DNA from: Balanoglossus misakiensis
Taxonomy: Eukaryota; Animalia; Hemichordata
Assembly: GCA_040954595.2 (NCBI GenBank)
Contig: CM082596.2
Span: forward strand, 1,951,854-2,015,853
Direction: 5' to 3'
Length of the DNA stretch: 64,000 bases
Both the position numbers and the translations under genes were made by a program. Numbering within the stretch: the stretch's first letter is position 1; each line of letters opens with the position of its first letter. The notes under the pieces were generated by a model, which did no database searches, was not told where the DNA came from, and saw only the letters and a list, made by a program, of their open reading frames with translations. Below are positions 28,601 through 41,000 of the stretch, in pieces.

Positions 28601-31600
28601 CGAAAAACAGGGTGATCCCCTGTGTTTGAGTTCTCCCAAGAGCAATTAGAGATCGAATGATACAAGCCTTGGTTGCTGTGATGCATTTTAATGCGCTGCC
28701 GAAATTTGTTCTCGCTCAAAATTTAAAAAACTAGCGAACCCCTTTCTTTTGAGTATTTCCAAAACAGGATTATCCCCTCCACCGACTGATGACATTAACC
28801 ACTTTCTCTAGGAAGTGTGTCTTTACTTCGAAATACATTTTAATGTCTCAGGATACAGAAGTCTAATTTCATCCGGCCTACCCAACACCTAGTACTAACT
28901 GAACATTTTCTTTTGTACGAAGTCAAGTGTGAAACGAACATAACACTAGGCAGATGTTCCTTGTGATATTAACAATTACCTTATCTCAAAGAACGTCATT
29001 TAATCTTCAATGTATTCCATTAAACGGCTGCAAATTTGTTTTTAAATTATTGGGGGTCGCGGTTGGTCAGGGTCGCGTTTTGAAGTGTTGCATGGTTAGG
29101 CCAGCCTTTGGTGTCAATTTAGATTCTAGGATCAATGATTTAGTTATTCACTAGTGGCCTCGTGCAATAACAACTCATGGTTTAATTTTCAGGGTTAGTG
29201 ATCGCATGCACAAAAAGTACACATGAACCATGTCATCAACGTCCACCACAACTTGACAAACTGACCAAGTGTCAGGGGTTACCATCAACACACTTGACAA
29301 TGACGTCGCCTGCAACCATAGTAACTATAGTGAAACACAATGAAACGCTTTATGCATAGACTCAGATTCAAATGACTCCGCGAAATCATGCAATGGTCAT
29401 AATTCGTCACCACTGTCGCCTCTGTGCCATTCCCCAGAGACCAGAAACAGCACGACTCGCTGTGGATCTCACTGAATCAATCCAACGTGTTTTTGATCCT
29501 CGCCCGTTCTGTCTGTCACCCTTTTGACTTCTCAAATGACACTAAGAGAGATCAATGACGTCAATGCGGAAGGCTAACTATAGGGACCTGTCTGACAAAT
29601 GAGAGTAGGGCGGTGGTGTTGTACCCACGGGGTAAAATAACTTTCAAACTTTCTCTGAAAGCCTTCTATACTTAGTCAACGGGAGTGACTCCTTTATATA
29701 AATTATTAACTGTCTCTGGCCGATATTGAGTGTGTAACCAATATACTTCATACGGTTTTGGGAATCTTAGGTGATGGTGATCTTAGATGCTTTGCTTGTC
29801 ATTTTGCGAAATAATTAGATTTGATATTCACTCACCATTGTTTTAAATATAAAGTTATCAGAAATATTTTATGGTTCTTCGATTACGGTTGTATGGAAGA
29901 GGATTCTAACAAAACCCTTAAAACGCGAGAACAACTGTTTAGAAAATGTTAACTATGTCAATCGTATTTTCGCCAACGCACAGTACAGTTATACAAGTTC
30001 TCCTCTATAGATGTCATGTTGTGTTAGAGCTATATCGTTTTGCAATGATTCTATTAGTATCTCCATGGCAACAATTCTCATGACTACAGCGCTGTAAGTA
30101 CGAGATTGCTTGTCGATGCCTGTCATGTAATTCCCCGACGTCGTTCGGAAGATAGGTCTGACCTGCACGGCACCGCTTTTTTTTTCATTTTCTCCAGTCT
30201 GAGAACAATCTCCGAAGCTGTGTCGTGAAGTACATGAAGGCGTTAGTGGTCGAAATACATGCCGTCACCTTTGTTTCTTTAAAATGTGGCAAAGCTGTCG
30301 GTGATTTGCATAAACCTACGTCATCTTTTGATCTCGTGACTCCGAGAACACGACGAACATGCAGAGCTGTGAAATAAAAGGTGCCCTTTGTGCATTTGTA
30401 GTTCGAAAATGGCTTCATCAGCCGACACGACAAAATCGGTGAGCTGCGTCAAATATAGGGATTCTCTCAAAATCAGGCGCATTGCTGCCAGGCACAGATG
30501 GGTGGTCGCGAAGAAAACAGGCAGAGTCTTTCCATGAAGAAAAGAAATCAGATTTACGTTCACGAATTCTCAGGAGGGGGTTGTCAGAATTTGTATTGTA
30601 GATATTGACTTACATGACGTTCTATTCCCCCTAGTACCTGTTGAAAATTATATGTTGAGCGCAAGGTAACCAGGCCGGTTTATCAAAACTACCGGTACCT
30701 TAGGGAGTCAGTCAGATATGGCTCAAGTGGATACTGTTGTCAACGAAAAATGAATAGATATATTACAATGATGGCATTACTCGTTCTACTTGTTACATTG
30801 ATTTGTGTGCTGGAAACAAACAAATAAATAAGACCCGCCGAACAGTCAGTATATATTTCTTAAAAAACGATCTAGTCCACCCGTTTTTCAAGATTTGATA
30901 ATGTATATTTGTATGTGAGAATCAGTGTATTATCTCCCTGGAGCCCCTAATTTTCTCGCAATGGAGGATTACTGTAATGGACGTAGATACGTTTCTATCT
31001 GAGACGATCGATAGGAATGAGGACATTGTGAGATCGACAGATGTTTATCGATTTCTCAACGTTTTCTTAAATGTCTAGTCACGTGTATATGAAATCACCA
31101 TTGCATACAGAGATAGTGAAACTACATTTCACTTCTTCTCGTTCTTTAAATAGACATCGAGAAACAGGAAATTCTAAACACTTTCAGAAATCGAGTTTTC
31201 ACGTCACACCCCTTGGGAAAACGCCATCACTACCTTCTAGAATAGTAAATCCCTGCGATTGTCATAACGGTATATGTTATCCGTTTTTTTTTATAAGAGT
31301 GCGACCAACTTGAAGATTTTACTTTCTCAGAAACACACAATCGTAGATTACTCGATGGGCAGTATTCATCATGATTGTGTAATAATTCCATCGCACGATC
31401 CTTGAAATGTGAGGACCTTTCACAGATTTTCGCTCAGATGAGCTCAAGTTGTGAAGCCTATTAACTCACTACAGAAAATTCAATTTCATTGAAGGTTGGC
31501 GATTCATCAGAGGAATACGATGGCGATTGGAGTATTCAATCGTCAGAGGTTTTCCTGACCCTGTCTTGGCGAGTAGCCATGAACATCGCCCTCCAACGAC

Positions 31601-32838
31601 GAAACTGACACATAATAACGTCCATTATTTTCACGCCAACTTTTTTTACTGGCAGGTTTTTTGGGGATGTAAAGTGCATCTTATCCTATATCGCCTAGGT
31701 TACTATTTTAATGCGTAACTACTTTTATGAACTATCTTTTGTTTTATTCTGGGTAGGCCTAATAGATTCCCAATTGTGAGAGAGACTTTCACATTTGTAA
31801 GTGAACAAAACTATGTTTTTAGGGCTTGTTACGTGAGATCTTGATTGCCTATAATAGTGCATTAGATTTACAATTGCCAGTAGGAGTACTAATATATCCG
31901 TTACCATCACGACCATAAAACTACATTCGCGCACAACCGCGCGCGCTCCTCCATTGAATCAAAATGTCGTCTGCTGCAACGCCGCGCAAACCCGGCGCGC
32001 AAAACTGTGCTCAGATCGTGAGATTATTCCTCGATACCAAATTTTAGAAACGATATCCGATTTACATGTACAAGCTGCAATGCAAATGATGTCCGATCAG
32101 CATGCATTTGATTATTATGGCCGGCCACACAGGTGGACGAACGTTTGACACAACCTCGGCGCGCGTAGGGGACCTATCGCGGATGCAAGCGTGCAAGCCA
32201 TGAAAAATAACTATAGCAGAAGAAAATCTAAGAAACGTACCTCTTGTGAAATTTATAAAAGGATACGAGGGTGAATTGTCAGCCCTCAAACTGGCAGGTG
32301 TGCTGATGCATATACCGGTGCAGGTGTGTCCATTGAAACTGTCACGCGTCCAGGTCGCGGTCACATTGGTTGGGTCACATTTTCCAGCCGTATTTCAATC
32401 AATATGATGCGATAAAAGCTATGGTTTGTTGGGAAACTATACTCAGTCCAAATGAACTCCAGGATCGCGAGGATGTAGAGCTGACCACTCGGCAAAAACA
32501 TGATTCCATCTTGCTTGTTCCCAATGCATGTCCGGTTACGGTCTCAGCTGTGAGATCTACGCATGCGGCAAACAACGCACTCAACTTTGTTCTTATTGTT
32601 ATGTAAATTAACCCTCCCAGGTCGTACGCGATATGGTTACGCACAAAATTCCTATTTATTACGTCGTTCATCAGTACACAGAAACATGCATAAGAACATG
32701 TTAATCCTCTGTGTGTGTATAATGATAAAGATTACATATACATTGTGAAAGTAAATTATTTAGAGAAGGAAAATATCAAACTATTTTGTGACTATGATTA
32801 TACAATGTAGTTCATAATATGATCACATTTGAATATCA

Positions 32839-34002
32839 TCAAGAGACATTGTATGTTTCTGAAACTGATTGCAAGGAGTCCTTTACTTGTTGATCTTGCG
32901 AACCACTGAACGATGACTGAAGCTTTGAAAACAGTTTCTCGGCATTCGCTTTCTCAACGGAACTTAAGAAATCCAGCGAAAGTGAAAATCTCTTCGCCTT
33001 GGCCAAGTTTTCTAAGATTGACAACACAGTGGCAGAGTCATTTTCTGAGTAACAGTCTTCTAAGGCTGTCAAGATTTCACCAAGGAGTCCAAAACTAATC
33101 TCGTTTTTGAAGATGTGACCAATGCATTCGCCTCCAAGTCTCGTGAGGAAGTTGTATTTTTCTGTGTTATTGGGACAGTGTCGTTTCCAATCCCTTGCAA
33201 ACTCGTGGCCATTCTTGGGAAGTTTATTGTCATCCTGAAATGTGAACGAGATGAAAATGAAATTATCCCTTTCACACAACCACGCTTTGAAAATCATGTC
33301 AATTGACCCATTTAGCAACACATCTCAAGTGTCAAGCTGTGAGGCCAGTCCCTACAAGCACAATGCACATCATTAGAGAGCCTTTATTGCTTTTGAAGAA
33401 TAACATTGCATGTGATATAGTTCTGGGTCATATGCACAGGTCACACACTGGGAGACCTAGTAATCAAATGACTAATATTCATACCTTCTGTAGAAGAGTC
33501 TCAGCTGTAGACTCGGCACCACTTTTCTTCATTGCATGTGGATTCCATGGTGTGGGTTTCTTTTCACTGATTTTATCTTTTCTTTCCAACGGTTTGATGT
33601 GAGCTGCGGCCACTATGTCCCTGATAATAAAAAAATTACCATAATGACTGACATGTCAATCATACAAGTACATGATGGACGGGGTATCTGGGAGATACAG
33701 ACGTCCTGCGAACAAGTATGATTTCAGTTGTTATGGCAACCACAAGGCTATGACACGTTTCTGGGAAGTGTGTGCATGGCTTGCCCTAGATTCATAATGA
33801 TGAATTATGCCAGTGATCATTGATCCTCTTGAGCAAGTGAATTGCTTGAAACTTACTTAAATTCCTCATAACTCTCCACTTTCTGAGAAACAGCTCGTAT
33901 CTTGGCGTCGTTTTCTCTCCAGTATTTGGCGTCAGCTTCTACCGCCGCTTCCAACTCTCGTTCCAGTTTACTGAAGTCTATGTTTTCGTCATTAGAAACC
34001 AT
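32839..34002 (-). CDS. CCDC103: Coiled-coil domain-containing protein 103 (dynein arm attachment factor), 3 coding exons, 225 aa
   Basis: Exons 34002-33857, 33620-33485 and 33234-32839 join in phase. N-terminus [54 protein letters not shown]-terminal RPAP3_C-like domain (EFARDWKR...[10 protein letters not shown]). Confidence 0.93.
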
Positions 34003-35006
34003 GGTGTTTAACTAAAAACAGAAGGAAGACATGAAAAAGATATTTTCCGCCATGATTACTATGTACGCGTAAAATTAATGAAATGCTACCTGCTGCAGTA
34101 AGCTGGGGGCATAGCAACGTCGTACATCAATGACAGGGGCTGATAGATACTGTATCATATACACGTCGTGATAACAACATTGAGACAACGTTGAAACTAT
34201 CCATTCATGTACCACACACCTCAGTATTTCAGGATCCTTTGCTTGTTTACAATTTTAGGAGCGAGGATAGCGTCCTTCTCAACCACTGTAGGTCGCCATG
34301 TTTTCTGGAACCGGAAGTATGAAAGAATGTTACACAGCGCCCTCAAACAGATAATGTAATCATCGATCGTTTTCGTGTACAATTTGTGTATGTCTTGAAA
34401 GGAAAAACACATGTGAAAACCAGGTTACTGTCAAAGTTCATGCAACAGATTCAGAAGAGACACTGACTATTTTGACAATACTATTATACTCTTTATTTAA
34501 CATGAGAAATTACTGATAAAAAGTGACAAAAATATGATATGAAAAAGTGGTAGATCACATACTGATCAAAGATTGTAAATTTTATGAAGTGAAAGACATT
34601 GGTACCCTGAAGAAAACCATGTACCACAGCTTCATGGACAATTTGTCAGTTTTAAGAAGTTGAGGTCAGCTTGTTTTGGGGTTTTAGCTGCCATTAACAA
34701 AGTGTAGAAGATCCTATTTAAAGGAACGGCACTTTTCTCTACACTATTAACAAACTTAATGACTTTAACCTGTATGCTCAATTCTAACTAAGTATTATTG
34801 GGATTAAATGTTATAAAAATTATTTCCACCTAAAACTACTAGCTAAAAGTTTTATACAAAAGTATACCAAATCCATACAGCCCAAGATTCTATCATATAT
34901 ATTTTACAGTTTGATTGTTCAGTTTATGTACAAAAAAAGTTACCAGGTAATCAAATTTCTGAGAAATTGAATGTCATGTTAAGGCACTTGTTCTGAAGAA
35001 AAAAAA

Positions 35007-38000
35007 TCACATAAGATCCACATAAGATGTCTTTGCAGGCGCCTTCATTCCGGTCTCATGAATTATTTTATCCGCCGTAGAATAGTATCCGCTTGTGTTC
35101 TTTGCGCATGCGCCAAAATCGAACGTAAAAATTCTACGCGGTACCACGTAGAATTTCGTCCGCTGTAGAATAGTGTCCGCTTGTGTTCTATGCGCACGCG
35201 CGCGCTAGCGTCGATTCGTAAACAATACACGCAGTGGTACAATGTAGAATTTTTACGATCTCTCATACACAACATCGCGACCTGCTATCTCTAGACCCTG
35301 CGTAGACCTACGAGGTTCTTTATATCGGATTACGAAAGTGGTCATTATATTGGGTACGACCATAAGAAAACCCCTGGAGGACGTTATCACTGTAGCAATG
35401 TAAAACTATGCCCCCTTTATCAGCTTTATTGTTTATTTCTTCCTCTTTGTCTTCTTCAAGAAAATTCGCCGATGATTTAATGATTGTTGTTGATGTTTAT
35501 TTCTTTTATGCATTAACTAATATTTGTATTTTGTGAACACTTGAGTTTTTACTGGGGGGGGAGGGGGGGGGGGGGTTTCAGTCTAATAAACATCAATGTA
35601 TGAAGGTCACTCAATGTCAGGATTTTTTTTCTGAATCAGAAGTATGCAACAGGCATTCCAATAAAACAATATAGGGTGCTCAAAGCCTTATGCAGACCAC
35701 CCACTTAAAAACAAAGAAACAATAAAGTGGAACCACCAATTCATTCATATTAATTGTTGATTCATATCATATCCGATATCTTGGCAGTGAGCACACTTGT
35801 TTACCTGTGTAGGTGTTGTTGTGACTAAATGATTCTAAACAGGTAACCAATGTAAATTTTACTAAAACATGTTAACTGGATAGTTCAGGTTATATCAGTG
35901 TTTGGTAGCTGTAAATGCTTGTATTTTTCTTTGTTGATATTTTTAGAAACAGAACATACAAGGACTGGATGAGATTATTATTAAGATGGAAAAGTTGAAA
36001 TTAAATGAGGGATTTAAGACTGCTAAGACTTTAAAAATAAAATGGGGATCAAATTCCAGTTCCACTTGAAAGGCTTGGCTGAGTGGAGAATGGCGGAGGG
36101 GGATCACTGGTTGAATAGCAAACAAACACACACACAGGAACAGGTATCTTGGATCAGTAGGGGTATTTATTAGGACCAAAACTACTGACAAACTACAAGT
36201 CACGTGTTGGGCCCCATTGTAATGCAAATGAAAATGCAAATGAGGTCTGCTGGCATAGGGGCCCAACACTGCTAACCTAACTATTACACTACTAAACTAT
36301 GGACTAAAGTCCTAAACTCTCCTACAGTAAATCAAATAAGTACAAAGGTAAAGGTTCAAAAATAAATAAATCATTGACAAGCATTGTATACATTCTCTAT
36401 CGCAGTGAGACAATGTTTCGACTAAAAGGAATACAAAAACTTGAAAGTAGTTAATTAAAGTACATAACTCGAATGTGCGTCAGCTAAGAATGAATTACAA
36501 AACGAAAAACTTAAACCACTTATAACTTTAAAAAAATCAATTACAATAAGAGTCACTGGCCGAAGGCAGGATAAGGGTGGGAAGGGAGGGAAAGAATTTG
36601 AACCAAGTTAATACTTTAACTAGGCCCTTACACATTAGTTTGGAGATGGCTTGCTTGGCATGGGATTGGACTGGATGAGATTATTATTAAGATGGAAAAG
36701 TTGAAATTAAATGAGGGATTTAAGACTGCTAAGACTTCAACAATAAAAACAGACAGTACTTCCATTAAACGGACAGTACTTCCATAAATTAAATGAGTGA
36801 CTTAAGACTGCTAAGACTTCAAAAATTAACTGAGGGATTTAAGACTGCTAAGACTTCAAAAATAAACCGGGGACTTACACATTAGTTTGGAGATGGCTTG
36901 CTTGGCATGGCATGGGATTGGACTGGATGAGATTATTATTAAGATGGAAAAGTTGAAATTAAATGAGGGATTTAAGACTGCTAAGACTTCAACAATAAAA
37001 ACAGACAGTACTTCCATTAAACGGACAGTACTTCCATAAATTAAATGAGTGACTTAAGACTGCTAAGACTTCAAAAATTAAATGAGGGATTTAAGACTGC
37101 TAAGACTTCAACAATAAAAACAGACAGTACTTCCATTAAACGGACAGTACTTCCATAAATTAAATGAGTGACTTAAGACTGCTAAGACTTCAAAAATTAA
37201 ATGAGGGATTTAAGACTGCTAAGACTTCAACAATAAAAACAGACAGTACTTCCATTAAACGGACAGTACTTCCATAAAACAGACAGTACTTCCATTAAAC
37301 GGACAGTACTTCCATTAAACGGACAGTACCTCCATTAAACGGACAGTACTTCCATAAATTAAATGAGTGACTTAAGACTGCTAAGACTTCAAAAATTAAC
37401 TGAGGGATTTAAGACTGCTAAGACTTCAAAAATAAACCGGGGACTTACACATTAGTTTGGAGATGGCTTGCTTGGCATGGCATAGGATTGGACTGGATGA
37501 GATTATTATTAAGATGGAAAAGTTGAAATTAAATGAGGGATTTAAGACTGCTAAGACTTCAACAATAAAAACAGACAGTACTTCCATTAAACGGACAGTA
37601 CTTCCATAAAACAGACAGTACTTCCATTAAACGGACAGTACTTCCATTAAACGGACAGTACCTCCATTAAACGGACAGTACTTCCATAAATTAAATGAGT
37701 GACTTAAGACTGCTAAGACTTCAAAAATTAACTGAGGGATTTAAGACTGCTAAGACTTCAAAAATAAACCGGGGACTTACACATTAGTTTGGAGATGGCT
37801 TGCTTGGCATGGCATAGGATTGGACTGGATGAGATTATTATTAAGATGGAAAAGTTGAAATTAAATGAGGGATTTAAGACTGCTAAGACTTCAACAATAA
37901 AATGAAGGATTTAAGACTGCTGAGACTTGGTTGGCATGGGATTGGACTGGATGAGATTAAATTAAATGAGGGATTTAAGACTGCTAAGACTTCAACAATA

Positions 38001-41000
38001 AAAACAGACAGTACTTCCATTAAACGGACAGTACTTCCATTAAACAGACAGTAGTTCCATTAAACGGACAGTACTTCCATTAAACGGACAGTACCTCCAT
38101 TAAACGGACAGTACTTCCATAAATTAAATGAGTGACTTAAGACTGCTAAGACTTCAAAAATTAAATGAGGGATTTAAGACTGCTAAGACTTCAACAATAA
38201 AAACAGACAGTACTTCCATTAAACGGACAGTACTTCCATAAATTAAATGAGTGACTTAAGACTGCTAAGACTTCAAAAATTAAATGAGGGATTTAAGACT
38301 GCTAAGACTTCAACAATAAAAACAGACAGTACTTCCATTAAACGGACAGTACTTCCATAAAACAGACAGTACTTCCATTAAACGGACAGTACTTCCATTA
38401 AACGGACAGTACCTCCATTAAACGGACAGTACTTCCATAAATTAAATGAGTGACTTAAGACTGCTAAGACTTCAAAAATTAAATGAGGGATTTAAGACTG
38501 CTAAGACTTCAAAAATAAACCGGGGACTTACACATTAGTTTGGAGATGGCTTGCTTGGCATGGCATAGGATTGGACTGGATGAGATTATTATTAAGATGG
38601 AAAAGTTGAAATTAAATGAGGGATTTAAGACTGCTAAGACTTCAACAATAAAATGAAGGATTTAAGACTGCTGAGACTTGGTTGGCATGGGATTGGACTG
38701 GATGAGATTAAATTAAATGAGGGATTTAAGACTGCTAAGACTTCAACAATAAAAACAGACAGTACTTCCATTAAACGGACAGTACTTCCATTAAACAGAC
38801 AGTAGTTCCATTAACGACACTTTGAGCAAAAGAATGCAATGTCAGTGATGTCCCATGCTGACTGTGGTGTTGTATCGCAGGTGGGATGATACCAGTTCTC
38901 ACACCCAGTGCACTCAATCATCTGTACTTCTGGAAATTCTGGTTGACGGCAATGACAAAAAAGTGGATATGTTCTAGAGGTTGATATCCTGCCAGTCCGT
39001 CTTCTCCTTCTGACTGGAAACATGCAAATGCGCCCAGTAGTTATGCACTGTCTTAGATGGTTTCTCATTTTAGGTTGGTCCCATGCATACTCTGTTGGAT
39101 CACTGCCATAACAAAGAGCTGTTGCATTTGCTATTGCAAAAGCACCACAGTCATCTGAACCACTTTGTCGATGAACATCCATCCACTCAATCTTCATTTC
39201 CTTCTTGTCTGTGTACAGCATCCATCCAAGAGCTTTCAACATACTGTAGCTAGCGTTACCTCTGAACATAGAGTCATACACACGAACAGTGCCATCTCCA
39301 CAAGCAAGGTTTGACACAGTGATCCAGTGGTTTTCTTGTAAATTCATGATCTGTACGAATTTGTCGGTTGGCGTTCCGACAATACAAGCTGCAGTCACAA
39401 CACCACTTTCTTGGAAACCATCAATATTACAAAACTGGCCACGGAGAAGAAATTGAGAATGGTCAATAAGTTCATCTCCAAACCAGGCAGTATCTGAAGC
39501 AAGAGTTTCCATCATCTTCACCATAGCCTTGTTATGAGCCCTTGCTGGTTTCACTGGCAGAGTTCCTGGGGTCCGCTTAAATGGAGTCACTTCAACCAAT
39601 ATGCATTCACCAGATTCTTCTCCCATGCTAGCTGCTGAATTTGAGGATCCGGTTTGTGAAGATGGCAATACTTCAGTGGTTCCATTCACCTGGCTGGCTT
39701 GGTCAAAGTCCTGTTCTTCACTGGAATGATCTGTAGTGTCTGGTCTTGCATCATGTTGTTGTGAAGGTACAACATGTATGCGATATGGCTTCAGCTGGTC
39801 ATAGCTTACTGATGTTTTTAGAGCTTCCCCAGTCGACTTGTCTATCAACTTTACACCAGTTTTCGTAATGTCTGCAATTCTGGAATCAAAATAAAACAGG
39901 CACCATGTTATTATTCTCCCACTGTGTCACATACACAAAGATGATACTATTTAAATTACTCTCCCATTGTCACAAATAAATATTGTTGGGAGCAGTTAAA
40001 GGGACAAAGTGGATCTCTTTTGACGTGGATTTTGTTCGATAGGAAAAATTGTCTATGCTGTTTGACTTCTATACAACTATAAACATACTCCGTTCTGCTT
40101 GTAAACAGACTAGATTAAACATTGATAAAGATTTAAAGGTAGAAGTACACAGTGGAACACTTTTCTACAAAGATTCTATTGTTTGCCCTGCACTTTCCTG
40201 GGTCTCCCCTTTAAAGTCAGTAATCTAAACAATACTAGAAATAGATGGAATATTCTGAATGAATGAAATAAAAAGACTACATGTAGAATAATTTTTCTCA
40301 TAATTTGTTCAGGATATCAACCTATTATTTGCAACAATGCTTCAATTAAAATCTTTTTACCTGTATGGTCCAAACCAGTCTGCTGTAAGTCGGTCACCTT
40401 TTCTGCTAAGTTTCCTCATATTCTTCTTCATTACTTCATCTCCAATTTCAAAGTTGAATGATTTCACTCCTTTAGACATCCTCTTCTTATATTGCTTCTT
40501 TTGTTTGTCTTGGGCCACTTTAATGTTCTCCAATACCTGTCAAAAAACAAAAACAGGGTGACACAAATTAATAAATTTGATTTATTGTGTCTGGCATGAT
40601 ACACCCAATATTATTTTCTTCTTGGTTGCTTTTAAAGGGACAAAGACTCTCACTCACTCTCCTTTTTTTTCCATTTATTATGTTCGATACGAGACAACAC
40701 TTATGTTAATGTACATGTGTATACATGTATGTAGTGAATGACCGTTCTCATATCCTACAAACAGGATGGAAGTTGTGTGTGGTCGAATGTTGATTCACTA
40801 TATATACACACGTAGTATAACATAAATGGTGTCTTGTATCAAACATAATGAAAAGGGCATCAAGAGAGAGACTTTGTCCCTTTCAAAAGCATGTCATGAT
40901 TGCATACATCTTTATATTGAGAAAAGCAGTAGTCACTTGGTTTGATATATAAACCCAGTGGATAAGCTGTCAATAATTTTGATCACGATAGTTGGGTTTA

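Noticed and set aside
2272-32748. Numerous 60-140 aa ORFs in the track outside the GPCR, and antisense ORFs over real CDSs
   Set aside because: No recognisable domains; lengths are consistent with chance ORFs or antisense shadows.
36628-38813. CRISPR-like array or hammerhead ribozyme repeats
   Set aside because: No unique spacers. CTGGATGA does not match the CUGANGA core and the flanking helices are missing.
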